DNA from: Antechinus flavipes
Lineage: Eukaryota
DNA: 64,000 bases
Assembly (NCBI RefSeq): GCF_016432865.1
Contig: NC_067401.1
Location: 181,784,001-181,848,000, forward strand
Direction: 5' to 3'
Shown here one piece after another: positions 52,101 to 64,000 of the stretch; position 1 is the first letter of the stretch; each line of letters starts with the position of its first letter. The translations under genes were made by a program, and so were the position numbers. Under the pieces are notes generated by a model. That model had not been told where the DNA came from, ran no database searches, and worked only from the letters and a program-made list of their open reading frames with translations.

Positions 52101-55100
52101 GGAGGACCTAAGTTCAAATTCGACCTCAGATACTTACTAGAGCTAGTGGCCCTGGATAAGTCACTTAACCTCAATTACCTTCGTTAGAAAGAAAAAAAAA
52201 AAAGATTACATTAACAATTTTTTGGCTGGGTTGTTTACAGACCACTAAAACTCCCAGATTTCTTTTAGACAAACTGCTGAGTATCTTATCTAAAACTAGT
52301 AATGAAGATTTTTTTAAACCTAAAAATAAGGTTTTACATTTATCTCCCTTCAATTTAATCTCATTAGATGTCACTTAATGATCTAATCTAAATCTTTTTG
52401 GATCTGAAATCTTATCCATTGTGTTACCTTTTTTTTTTTTTCCCAATTGTGTCTTTTGTATTGTGATCAAATATAAAAATGTTAAACAAAACAAGGCTAA
52501 ATGCAGATTCTGGGGCACTCCTTAACCTCTTGTCGAGTTGATATTAATATCCTTTGAGCTCAGCCATTCTGTCAGCTCAGGATACATCTAATTGTAGTAT
52601 TGTGTAGTTCATTTCTCTCCATGCATTCCACAGGAGTAGAAATTATGAGCCAGTTTATGAATTGTTTTGCTAAAAACAAGGTAAGCCATAGCTATAATAT
52701 TCCTAGTAATAAAAAGCTTAATAATACTTTCCAAAAGAAACAAAAAGGAAATGAGGTTAATCTAACATGGTCTCACTCTTTGTAATTGCCTTTTCTTTTT
52801 TTTACCTTTCCTTTTCTTGATGTTCACTAATCATTTCTTTATTGATTTGTTGTAGAAACTTTCCAGTAATTAAAATCAAATTTCTTGGCCTATAAATATC
52901 AAACTATTCTTTTTTCCTTTTTTGAAAATTATGACAATGTTCGCCTTTCTCCAGTTCTATGGAATTTTACTCATTCTCCATAAATTTTCAAATATCCCTG
53001 ATAAGGATTCCACAATTGCATATGTACTCAAGGAAATAGCTCCTCCTAGTCAGGTAACTTGAATCATCAAGGGAAACTAGGTGTTCTTTTACTGTCTTCT
53101 AACTTATTTATAGTGGATATCAGCTCCCTCTTAGCCTTTTCTTGTTCCATCCTTTCTCATTCAAAGTTCATTCTCCTTGACAAGAGAGAAGAGAGAAAAA
53201 ATAATAATTAGCTCTCTTTTTTTAGCTGTTGTAATCCCATCTGCCTAAGTGATAGTCCTATATATACCTTGTTTGAGCCTTTTTTTTTTAACCTCAAGAT
53301 AGTTAAAAAAATTTTTTTTAATAAAAAAATTTATTTCTTTTTTTTCCTTATTCTTTACCAAGCTCCTTATTCGCATCAGGCCACTCTCATATTCATCCTC
53401 TGTTAGCTGCTCTTAATTCCAATTTATTGGAAATAAAATTTGATTGATTTCCTTATGAGTCTATAGCAATGTTTTCAGACAAGTCCTTCCCTCCTCTCCC
53501 NNNNNNNNNNNNNNNNNNNNNNNNNNNNNNNNNNNNNNNNNNNNNNNNNNNNNNNNNNNNNNNNNNNNNNNNNNNNNNNNNNNNNNNNNNNNNNNNNNNN
53601 NNNNNNNNNNNNNNNNNNNNNNNNNNNNNNNNNNNNNNNNNNNNNNNGAACCCATGCCTGGATAATTTTTTTACAACATTATCCCTTGCACTCACTTCTA
53701 TTCTGACTTTTCACCTCCCTCCCTTCACCCCCTCCCCCAGATGGCAAGCAGTCCTATACATGTTAAATAAGTCACCATATATCCTAGATACAATATATGT
53801 GTGCAGAACCGAACAGTTCTCTTGTTGCACAGGAAGAATTGGATTCAGCAGGTAAAAAATAACTGGGGAAGAAAAACAAAAATTCAAACTGTTTGCATTC
53901 ATTTCCCAGTGTTCTTTCTTTGAGTGTAGCTGCTTCTGTCCATCATTGATCAACTGAAACTGAGTTAGCTCTCTTTGTCGAGGAGATCCACTTCCATCAG
54001 AGTACATCCTCATACAGTATCATTGTTGAGGTATATAATGATTTCCTGGTTCTGCTCATTTCACTTAGCATCAGTTCATGTAAGTCTCTCCAAGCCTCTC
54101 TGTATTCATCCTGCTGGTCATTTCTTACAAAACAATAATATTCCATAACATTTATATACCACAATTTATTCAACCATTCTCCAATTGATGGGCATCCATT
54201 CATTTTTCAGTTTCTACCCACTATAAACAGGGCTGCCACAAACATTTTGGCACATACAGGTCCCTTTTCCTTCTTTAGTATCTCTTTGGGGTATAAGCCC
54301 AGCAGTAACACTGCTGGATCAAAGGGTATGCACAATTTGATAACTTTTTGAGCATAGTTCCCAATTGCTTTCCAGAATGGCTGGATGTATTCACAATTCC
54401 ACTAACAATGTATTAGTGTCCCTGTTTTCCCACATCCCCTCCAACATTCCGCATTACCTTTCCCTGTCATTCTAGCCAGTCTGACAGGTGTGTAGTTGTA
54501 TCTCAGAGTTGTCTTAATTTGCATTTCTCTGATTAATAATGACTTGGAGCATATTTTCATATGGCTAGAAATAGTTGCAATTTCTTCATCTGAGAATTGT
54601 CTGTTCATATCCTTTGATAATTTATCAATTGAAGAATGGCTTGATATCTTATAAATTAGAGTCAATTCTCTATATATTTTGGAAATGAGGCCTTTATCAG
54701 AACCTTTGACTGTAAAAATGTTTTCCCAATTTGTTGTTTCCCTTCTAATCTTGTCTGCATTAGTTTTGTTTGTACAAAAAATTTTCAATTTGATGTAATC
54801 AAAATTTTCTATTTTGTAATCAATAATGATCTCTAGTTCTTCTTTGGTCATAAATTCCTTCCTCTTCCACAGGTCTGAGAGGTAAACTATGCTCTTCCAA
54901 TTTATTTATAATTTCATTCTTTATGCCTAGGTCATGAACCCATTTTGACCATATCTTGGTGTACAGTGTTAAGTGTGGGTCAGTGCCTTGTTTCTGCCAT
55001 AGTAGTAAGAGTTTTCAACCCATCCTGGGCTGAATTAGCCCTACGTTGACATTCCGCTGAACCCTTTGAAATTTGCTTTCTCAAAAACTAAGGAGTATTT

Positions 55101-57898
55101 CAAATTATGTCCAGATTTCTTCTCTACCACAAACTCTCTAGGAGGGAAAAGTTGCTACCCTTAACCCACAAGTTTCCTATCATCCCTCTTTCAGTAACCA
55201 GTTCCTCCCTTTTAATGAGAATCAGATCCAGAATATAATTTCTCCCCCACCCCCACTGGTTTTTCACTTTTTAAAAGATTAATGATAGAACTTCACTAGA
55301 TTTAAAGATAATTAAATGTTTTCTTTCACTAATATATCATGCTCTGGTTCAGATTTGTGTTTGTTTCACAATTTTTTCAAATATTTCCTTTTTCCATTCA
55401 AGTAGTTTGTAATCTTTCTTTTTTAATAATAGCTTTTTTATTTTTCAAAATACATGAAAAGATAGTTTTCAACATTCATCCATGCAAAACCTTGTGTTCT
55501 ATTTTTTTCTTTTTCCCTTCCCTTTCTCCCCCTTCCCTATTTAGCAAGTAATCCAATATAGGTTAAACATGGGCAATTCTTCTAAACATATATATTATTC
55601 TTCCTAATGACAAAATCACTTATTTTTCTCCTTCTATTAATCTTCACCTAAATATTGCCTTGTTTTCTCGATCTAGCTTCTGGTTTTCTTTTTCTTTCCT
55701 CCCCCCCTCTCCCCCCCAATATATATATATATATATAAATTTTTAAAAATTATGTACTTCTGGATTTTTTTTTTTTAATTAAAGTATCTGTCCTCAAAGA
55801 GCTCATATTCTATCAGGGAAGAAACACATACACATACATGTAGATAAATAGAGCTGATGGATCTTTATCCCAATAATGAGTCAGATATCTCAGAGCATGG
55901 TTGCATATTTCTCCTCAGGGTTCTAAGAATACACCAAAAGAGTTGGGATATCTTTCCAATGCTATTATCTCAAACACCCCTTTCTGGTGTGCTCTCCCCA
56001 ATAGTAATCACATACAAAGACCATTTCCATTTAAAACAAACAAACAACCTACCAAAAAAACCTTCATGTGCCTGATAATCTTGTGTACAGTGGTGTTTCT
56101 CAAATCCCTTCACTTTGTCTTTGAGAGGAGAGGAAAAAGTTGCCTTTAAACATGTCAGTACTTCCCAGAATAAGGAGATTGAGAGCCAAAATAGGATTAT
56201 TTTAAAATAACAATGATTGAATAGCCTTTTGGCATAATAATCTCTAAAACAATGACTAATTTGGATCCCTGGAAGAGCCTGTACTAAGTTACTAAGGTAA
56301 CTCTGAGAGATAAGATAAAGAGATGTCTAGGATAGCTACAACACACACACACACACACAAAATGCTTACATTTAGAAATTAATGGCACCTAGGGAACCTG
56401 GGATTATTTGTCTGCCAACTATGCCCACTTAAATTAAATTAAAATTAAATATGGGTCCAGTTCCTCATCTATAAAAGAAGTATTTGCACTAGTAGACCTC
56501 TAAAGTGTTTTCTAGTTCTAAAATTCAGGAGTCTTATACCCATCCAGGTTTGGCCCTGCTCATAGGATCAAATGATGTCTACTACAAAAATGAGCATGTC
56601 TAATCATGGGCCAGCAATTTGGTGCCTGTGTGTTGCATGACAAAGGCTTTCTAATTCAGAACTACTATAAGAATAGTGTCACTAGATTCTGTATTTGGAG
56701 TGGATTGTGAAAATGGAGAATAAAAATAAAAGTAGCAAAGGGGTAAATACTATCCTGGTGTTGTTTGTCCTTCATTCTCAAACAGGACCATGTCATCAGA
56801 AAGATGATGCCATAACATGCAAGTGAATTGGATTTAAATGAAGTAGGGCTGTGCAAGGTCACATATCTCACTTTCCCCTCTAGAGCCATCTAGATCCAGT
56901 GGCAAGATATAGATCGAAACGACTGGAGATGGCCCTGGATGCAATGGTAGAGCTTGGCCTTTTTAAGCTAAGGTCTTCAACAGATTTCAGTTTGATTGAG
57001 GCTTCACTCATTCAGTGATTAAGGCTGTGATAAATTTCTCTGGCAGTTTGAGTATCCAAGCTCCTTCTCTAAAGATGGGGTATTACTAATGATTGGCTCC
57101 CATAATGCAGTTTCTTTTATTTGTGAAAGGGGAGAAAGCTATGATTGGTATACTATGAAACATCAAGAAAGAATGAGATCCCAAAGAGAAAGTGCACAAG
57201 GAATCCTCTACAATTCTCCTCTCCTCCCTTAGTGTCCTTTAAGTATCAAATAGACTCTAAAGATTACACAGTCAGGCTTCTAAGACAACAAAACTGAATC
57301 TGGAACTCTCTCTTTAGCTGATGTGACTCTGGATCAAAACACAGCTCATCCTGAACTCTACCTCTCTTGGAATTTGAGAAGTGTGATACGAGGGAACACA
57401 CGGCAAGATCTACCTGACAACCCTGAGAGATATGACTGTAGACCTTGTGTTCTTGGTCATGAGAGCTTCACCTCAGGGAGACATTACTGGGAAGTGGAGG
57501 TATCAGATGTCATGGTGTGGGCCCTTGGAGTCTGCAGAGAAAATTCTGAGCGAAAGGGGGAGGTCCTACTAATACCTCAAAATGGATTCTGGGTTATTGA
57601 ATTGTTTGGAAATAGATATCAGGCCCTTACCTCCCCTGATATCCTCCTCCCTTTGCCTGAGCAACTCCACCGGGTGGGAATTTTCTTGGATTATGAGGCT
57701 GGAGATGTATCTTTCTACAATATGATTGACAGATCCCACATCTATACTTGCCCTCGCACCTCTTTCTCTGGACCTCTCAGGCCTTTCTTCAGACTTGGAT
57801 CTGATGACAATCCTTTGGTTATCTGCCCAGCATTCACTGGAGCTGAGGGAATCACTGTCCCAGATAGTGGCCTAATCCTTTATAGAAGACCTCACTGA
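41304..57898 (+). CDS. BTN2A2: Butyrophilin subfamily 2 (BTN2A-like) gene, spliced, ~534 aa if the signal-exon frameshift is corrected
   Basis: Exons 41304-41383, 42561-42908, 49208-49489, 50652-50939, 51330-51356 and 57318-57898, all with GT-AG boundaries. The five downstream coding exons join in phase 1. IgV and B30.2 sequences are closest to BTN2A from memory; the exact paralog is uncertain. Confidence 0.85.
41480..42323 (-). mobile_element. L1 3' portion (intron)
   Basis: Minus strand [40 protein letters not shown] is the L1 ORF2 C-terminus, followed by the 3' UTR. Confidence 0.92.
42561..42908 (+). CDS. IgV exon (348 nt)
   Basis: HFTVI...LHCHL...[18 protein letters not shown]...[14 protein letters not shown]...GRYHCYFQE...LKVA, bounded by AACAG| and |GTGAGT. 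Confidence 0.97.
43073..43113. repeat. (TG)n microsatellite
   Basis: Direct reading. Confidence 0.95.
44541..45055 (-). mobile_element. Probable solo LTR
   Basis: Poly(A) signal on - (TTTATT ~44640), internal direct repeats (AGTGGGTAAAA) and a composition shift. Boundaries approximate. Confidence 0.45.
45056..45260. mobile_element. hAT MITE
   Basis: CTGGTTCTCAAA...TTTGAGAACCACTG inverted termini. Confidence 0.65.
46140..47580 (-). mobile_element. L1 3' fragments spanning an assembly gap (N 46659-46814)
   Basis: Two L1 3' UTR ends plus ORF2 C-terminal sequence. Confidence 0.85.
49208..49489 (+). CDS. IgC exon (282 nt)
   Basis: MGSDP...[18 protein letters not shown]...[17 protein letters not shown], bounded by CCCCAG| and |GTCAGT. 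Confidence 0.96.
50652..50939 (+). CDS. Stalk, transmembrane and charged juxtamembrane exon (288 nt)
   Basis: [62 protein letters not shown]...NLR, bounded by CCATAG| and |GTAAAA. The donor position is inferred from phase. Confidence 0.85.
51330..51356 (+). CDS. 27-nt cytoplasmic exon
   Basis: (G)WRRTQLHA, bounded by TTGCAG| and |GTGAGT; typical BTN exon preceding B30.2. Confidence 0.92.
52057..52201 (+). mobile_element. WSINE1-like SINE
   Basis: 15-bp TSD AAGATTGCATTAACA/AAGATTACATTAACA (52042-52056 and 52202-52216). Confidence 0.9.
52217..53200 (-). mobile_element. Ancient CR1/L3 LINE fragment
   Basis: Minus strand [16 protein letters not shown]...KRNLGVLV resembles the CR1 RT C-terminal motif KCKVLHLG...DLGVLV. 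Confidence 0.6.
53480..55000 (-). mobile_element. L1 3' portion (ORF2 C-terminus plus 3' UTR), gap 53501-53647
   Basis: [28 protein letters not shown]...[18 protein letters not shown]...[14 protein letters not shown]. Confidence 0.95.
56700..57030. mobile_element. Marsupial interspersed repeat (WALLSI/RTE-SINE-like)
   Basis: Recognised by pattern (TTGTCCTTCATTCTCAAA...GCAAGTGAATTGGATTTAAATGA). Family not confirmed. Confidence 0.5.
57318..57898 (+). CDS. B30.2 (PRY-SPRY) terminal exon
   Basis: [13 protein letters not shown]...[10 protein letters not shown]...[12 protein letters not shown]...[17 protein letters not shown]...[10 protein letters not shown], stop TGA at 57898. Confidence 0.97.
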
Positions 57899-59827
57899 CC
57901 CTTTGATGATAATGTAAGGATTAACTTGAGTCTCTGGGCTTCAATTGCTTATTGAAGATGGAAGTTATTTTATCATATACCTTTTTAATCTGTTCAGGTC
58001 TTTTAAGAAAGATTCCCTTTCCTTCTTTCCTTTTGCCTCTGAACTTCTTCCTCACCTTGTTTCCTTCCTGAGCTAATCTAACTGCTTTCCTATTTCTAAT
58101 AAGGTAAGCAGGCTTGTGAACACTATGATTCAGTTACACAAGAAATTTCTTAGCCAGGCAGGGAGATATGTTGGGGAGAAGAGGGATAATAAAGGGAAGA
58201 AGAGGCAAACTTAAAGTTGCTATACTGAGATAGGGATCGAAAGAATCAAAAGAAAAGACAACAGAATCAGAATTTGGGTTCTGGATGAAACATCAGTGAT
58301 TGACGGGAAAAAAAAACATAGAACCTCTTAGAAATAAAGAAAGGGGAAAGATTATATACTTAGGTCAACTTTGTTGGGCATAGGAATAGGGATCTTGGAA
58401 AGAGAAAAGAGGCTGGTAAATATGTGAAATCAATAGTGTCATAGTCTAGAACTATGATTCTAGAACCATCCTTAAAAAATTTAATTTGATCCTGTAACCC
58501 CCTTAAAGCAAAGGTCTTTAATCTGACTTCAAGAGATCTATGAATAGAGTCAAGTGGTCCATGAACCTGAATGGGGAAAAATACATTTTTGTTTCAATAT
58601 AATTTATTTCTTTTATAATATTATGTATTTTGTTTTATGCATTTAAAAAATCATCCTGAAAAAAGGGGTTCATAGGCTTCATGAGATTGTTGGATGGATG
58701 AAGTTTAAGAATCACTACCCTAAAATTATTAGTCCTACATCTCCCAGTAGCTATGAACTCCAAAGTAAAGGAATCTCATCTTTATAGTTCCCCAGAAACT
58801 TACAAAAATGTTTTTGGAAAAAATATGAAGGATTTGATAAATCTCAACTAGGACTGTTGTAACTTAAAACGTAAGAAGGAAAGTTTCTGGATGACAATTC
58901 AGGGATCAGGAGAATGCCATAATCTATCTCTGAGACATAAAAGTGTCTTTCATAGCTTCTGCTAAGCCTGATGACCTTATGTTGTGAGTACACTCTGGTC
59001 CTCACTGCATAAGTCTGGCCTGTTATGTCATCCCCTGAGTAATTTACAAAATAATCCTGAGGTATTTTTCTATGCCACTGGCTCAAGCTTCCATTGCCAT
59101 GTTGACTTCATTGTTAGGGGCCAGTCTCTCATTTCCACTGATAGGCTTTTACAAAAAAAGATAGTTACTTACTTCAGAGTTACAAGGGGAAAAAAAGCAT
59201 GCAAATATCTTTCCCACTCTAATACCTTGACAGCATATTATCTCTATACTACCTTGGTCTGGGTATGGGGAGGAATAAGCTCAACTTTGTATATACTTCC
59301 TATATAAATTGATTCCAAGTTCATGTCCAGGTGTAGTATAACTGCCAAATAAAGCACTGGGCTAGAGTCACAAAAATACTAAGTAGCTCTTCTGGTTCCC
59401 CAAGATATTGATACTACACTAGCTATAGATCTTATAGTCTGGAATATCAAGATTACCAGATCATCTTTCAAATTCATTAGGTCACGAGAGTCATTCCTTT
59501 CATCTAAACAAATGCAGAGGCCAGGAACAGAGGCCCATTTCCCAGGGACCATGTGGGCTCAGAGGAGAGAAAGTCTCAGCCCAGATACTGTGAGGAGTCA
59601 TCAAAATCTGCTAACAACAAATAAGGTTTCATAATTGACTAACTAGGACTAGTTAAAAAATACCTGATTTCTCCAAGACACTTCTTTTTCAGCATTGCAA
59701 CTTTTTTTTAACCAAAGATTATAACATGTTTATTTTGTGCTCCACCTAATTATTTTCCTTTATATTCTTCAGCTCACAGAGCTGATACACACACAGAGAA
59801 GAAACACAATTATCAATCCATTCATTC

Positions 59828-60179
59828 NNNNNNNNNNNNNNNNNNNNNNNNNNNNNNNNNNNNNNNNNNNNNNNNNNNNNNNNNNNNNNNNNNNNNNNNN
59901 NNNNNNNNNNNNNNNNNNNNNNNNNNNNNNNNNNNNNNNNNNNNNNNNNNNNNNNNNNNNNNNNNNNNNNNNNNNNNNNNNNNNNNNNNNNNNNNNNNNN
60001 NNNNNNNNNNNNNNNNNNNNNNNNNNNNNNNNNNNNNNNNNNNNNNNNNNNNNNNNNNNNNNNNNNNNNNNNNNNNNNNNNNNNNNNNNNNNNNNNNNNN
60101 NNNNNNNNNNNNNNNNNNNNNNNNNNNNNNNNNNNNNNNNNNNNNNNNNNNNNNNNNNNNNNNNNNNNNNNNNNNNNNN
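59828..60179. other. Assembly gap
   Basis: N run. Confidence 1.
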
Positions 60180-61161
60180 TTTTTTTTTAATGCAGAGAAT
60201 AGAACAGAAAGAAGTCCACAGAGAAGTATAGACAAAAACAATCCTGAAAGCTACAGATTGAACCATATATTATGGTTCTGCAGTTTCATGTATTACTCTT
60301 CCCCAGCTTTCTCAACAATGTTCCCATACTAGGTACCTTCTTGCCCTCCCCTCTCCTGTTTTCCAGCTTTGTTTTAATTCCTCATTTGAATGTAAGCACC
60401 TTAAAGGCAGACATGATCTTTCTGCTTGTATTTGTTTTCTAGAACTGCATCTAGTATGCACTTAATACATTTTGTTGATTTTTTTTTTTTTTACATTCTA
60501 TTAGGTATTTGGAAATGCTTATTTTTTATTTAAAATTTATTAAGTTCAGAATAAAAATAAATTTTTAAAAACATAACATAATAACACAATTTTTGAGAGG
60601 ACAGTGAAAGTATGGGAGGGATAAATTTTTACCTTGAGTCAAAATATACAGGACTTTGATGAAATAAAAACAGAGAATTGTTAAATCCAGGAAGGATTTC
60701 AAAATTTAATTTTTAGTTAAGGTGAACCTGAAATTCTTCCTATGGAAATAGCAGCTCCTGCAGGCTACTCAGACCCTAAACTGTAATCCTAACCAAAAAA
60801 TGGAAAATATATAGTAAGGCATTCCTCTTTCCCACTTCTCATGCCCAATGTCTGAACATACCCATGGGCATTGGCATAGGTCTTTTCTGGCATATATATA
60901 CACACTAGAAGAAAAAGGAGGAAACTGCTTTTATTACTTAGAATGCATAGAATTGCTTGGAACTAGGAAATGAAAATGAATATGGCTGACTCTCCAGGAT
61001 GTTGCTCAACAGTTTGTTTATTCCTTAGATTCTGAGAATAGGCTAAGTTTGTTTTTCTCAAAGACTTGTTTATTTAAGATTCTTCTGTAGGATAGGGATT
61101 ATGTCATGCAGTCTTTGTGTTCAATAGTTTTCAGCACTAGGTAAGACATAGAGTACTGTAT

Positions 61162-64000
61162 TGTTATGCCACAGTTCTCTTTTATTGTCCTGACTCAGTT
61201 TCCCTATATTGCCTTGCCTCAGTTTCCCTAATTGTTCTGCCTCAGTTTATAATTGTTCTGCTCAATCCTACAAAACCACCCCTCCCTCTTAATCAGAATA
61301 TTTGATAAGGATAAAAGATCTTATATTTTAGAATATTATCCCATCCCAAGCTATTAGAATATTAGATACTGTCTTATCAAGATACCTCTCCCCATCTCAG
61401 AGTATCTCATCCCACTCTGTCAGAGTCCCATTCCCACTCCACCCTTGCCTGGATCTACCCCCTGAGTTTGAGCCACGTGTATATATGTCATTGAGAACTC
61501 ACATTGTTTGCTGGATTCTTGGAGATGATTGTCTCATTCAGCCCTGGGACCAAACCATGGGTCCATTTGGTCCCAGTAAATTTCTCCTTTTCAAATAAAA
61601 TATTAAATACTCTCTAATCTCTATCTTGCCTCAGTTTCTTCAGCATTACATTTTGAAGGCTTCCCAGTGAGATATTAGAAAATGAGAGTAGAATCGGAGA
61701 ATAGAAACATTCGGGTTTCTGCCTTGGGTCTCAGGGCAGCTGGGGATCTAGGTTCTTTGCTTGGAGAGGCTGGCCCTCTGGATTTTTTTCCAGAGCCTCC
61801 AGGAAAGAGAGCAGTTTTCAGCTACAACTGTGCCTGATGCCTGATGGTGGACACCTTCATTTGGCCAAGGGAGAATCTGGTTTCAAATTCCTGCAGGATA
61901 AATTTTCTGTCTAGTGTGATTGCTAGCAAATCTAGTCCCCAGAAAAAGTTGGGATGATGAGCGATACAACTCTGGGAAGTGCCAATAGGATGCTGTGTGG
62001 CACTATCTGGTTCTGAGTACCTGCTATTATCTGAGTACCACATAGTAAAACCAGTACTATCTGGTTTTAACCTGGGCATTCTCTGTGAAGACAGAGAAAT
62101 GCAACAAACTGGATCTTGGAAAAAAAGCTCCATTTAGATTCTGGGGGGAAAGACTCTTGAGCTTCCCTCAGAGCTATTCTAGAGTTTCAAGATGGCCCCT
62201 GCTCTGTGCATTAAATGTTTTGTTTGATGTTGTAGCTGCACAGTTTATGTCTGTGTGTTCTGTGTGACTTGTCTGTCTGTTCTGTTGGTTAAGAGCTCTT
62301 CTAAGGGTTTAAGAACAATGATTAAGAAATTTGGGAATTGGTTATTTCAATGTTGCAACTGTACTTAGTATAAAATTTGCTTGTGATAATTTGTAAATAT
62401 TTTAAATTCCATGAAATAGTATAAAATTCAGGCTTAGCTTGGAATGGGTTAGGCTGATAAGGCCGCTGGAGAACAAAATGAGTTTATGCTAATTGCTTTG
62501 AAACTCAAGCTGGAGAAAACATTTGATTAGGAATTTTAGGATGATTCTAAAATTGTGGAAAATAATTTACTACTACCTTTGTATGCCAGATTTGTTCTGA
62601 ATATTCTTTTGGGCAGCTTTAAAATTGTGGGAAATAATTTTATTGTTGCCTATGCAGACTAGATTTAGTTACTTTTAAGTATAAGATCTTAAAAGAACAG
62701 TAGCTTGTTCTGTTAACTTGCCTGAAAGGGGTAACTTGTCTCTAATTAGGTAAAGAAGGGTCTCTGGCCAAAGTTGGAGCTTAGGAAAAGTCCAATGGGA
62801 ATAATGGTCATATGGGGCCAGAGAGAGAAAAAAAAAACTATGATGTTTAGCAAAATTCATTATTTGAAATATAATAGGAAAAGCAGTTTTATATTATCAG
62901 GAATTTAAAGCTGTATTTAATTGGATTTTAAGTTAAAATATAAGTTATTAAAACAAAATGCTAGTAACTTATTTTGGGAGGTCGTGTTTGTAACTAACTA
63001 ATTAGATGGTATGTTGCTTTCTAGAAGTATTGGGTAATTTGTAAACTATGAGTTATGCCTTAAAAATTTGTCAGCTCTGCTGGGTAAGTTTTATGAAATT
63101 TGGTTCAAAGTTATTTGCAAATCTTGAAGTTTAAAAGTTAAAAAAGTGAGTTAAAGACAAGGGACAAAAAATATTGATTTGCAAAAGCAATTAACAGTTT
63201 AAAGGGAGCATCTAGTATTGGTTTGGGAGTGTTTAAAGTATGTTAGAGAAGGTTTGAGCAAGTAGGCATTGGGAGGAGAGAAACAGAGATGGGACAGGAA
63301 GAGATAGTGCAAGAGAAGGAGGAAGAGAGAGGAAAATGGCTTTTCAGAAATAGGGACCAAAAAGGCACTAATCCCTTGTGAGTGCCATTTGCCATGGGGA
63401 AAGGAGATACCTCAGGAGGTTAGAGCCTTCTTTAGCTGGCAGATTGTATCCCCGGGGGAAATGGCACTCTAAAAAAGTTACCTGTGAGAAGTTGGGGTCG
63501 GGAAGCATGGTGGAATGGGGAAAGGACAACCATGTGGAAAGGGACAATCGAATCTTCCTCCCCCATGAAGATGGTGGCTTTTTTTTTTTTTTAAACAAAC
63601 TGCAGCTCCTTGCTGGTTCAAATATTAATTGCTTCTACTGTTTAAAGGATATTTTAAAGAATCTTTCAGATTCTTTTATGTGGAATTGGGTATTCTATAT
63701 AAGTTTAATTAATTGTATCCTAAGATTATGCCCCTTATTTTTAAAGGGCTTCTGAAAATAATAGTTTTTCCTTGTCCTTTTGAAAATGTTTCTATTAAAT
63801 ATGAAAGATAACTTGTGAACTTACTGAAATAAACTTATTACTGTTATCAATATGAGGTTATGGTATTTCTAAAAGTAATAGTTTTAAGAACTTCTTGGAT
63901 TCTTTTATGTGGTATTAGGATATTCTGTATAGGATATTCTATCTAAGTTTTAATCGATTGTATTGGGTCATCCTGAGGTCATTTAAAGATAGCCTCTGAA
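61162..64000 (+). mobile_element. ERV 5' LTR (61162-61650, family A) with degenerate tRNA-Thr PBS and decayed internal region running off the window
   Basis: TG...CA LTR with AATAAA ~61595, then TGAAGGCTTCCCAGTGAGAT (61654-61673) versus the tRNA-Thr PBS TGGAGGCCCCAGCGAGAT. No intact gag ORF. Confidence 0.8.

Noticed and set aside
54402-54851. 149-aa ORF as a possible gene
   Set aside because: It is a fragment of L1 ORF2 within a truncated intronic L1.
58844-59086. Minus-strand ORF with faint IgV-like motifs (QWHR..FVNYSGDD..Q.Y..RT)
   Set aside because: Both Ig cysteines are missing, the spacing is off by about 4 residues and there are no splice signals. An HMM search would settle it.
46622-60266. 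ORFs containing runs of X (46.6, 53.5 and 59.8 kb)
   Set aside because: Artefacts of translating across N gaps.

Overview
Mammalian genomic DNA, not prokaryotic. The L1, RTE, core-SINE and LTR repeats look marsupial, probably dasyurid (inference). The window covers the end of a replication-dependent histone cluster followed by a butyrophilin-2 gene, the arrangement known from the extended MHC. Four intact, intronless histone genes carry stem-loops: H1 (2220-2885 +), H3.2-type (18286-18696 -), H2A (19711-20103 -) and H2B (24437-24817 +). Between them are decayed histone copies that the ORF track misses: psi-H3, a psi-H2A/psi-H2B pair, a psi-H2B remnant, a psi-H2A and a psi-H4 fragment. No intact H4 is present. 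A spliced BTN2A-like gene runs on the + strand: an MHC-II-type S-X-Y promoter at ~37.65 kb, a non-coding exon 1, then signal, IgV, IgC, TM, 27-nt and B30.2 exons ending at 57898. As written, its signal-peptide exon has a +1 frameshift, and its TM exon encodes an extra Ser/Thr/Pro-rich stalk. Other notable items are an internally deleted tRNA-Pro-primed mini-ERV, a young Tc2/pogo-like MITE, an ATP6V1B retrocopy fragment, a 205-bp templated duplication and an ERV 5' end with a tRNA-Thr PBS. I find no solid evidence for a wholly new biological system; the best leads are in the findings. Comparisons with human proteins and promoters are from memory and need alignment to confirm. Repeat boundaries are approximate unless TSDs are quoted. 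There are three N gaps.
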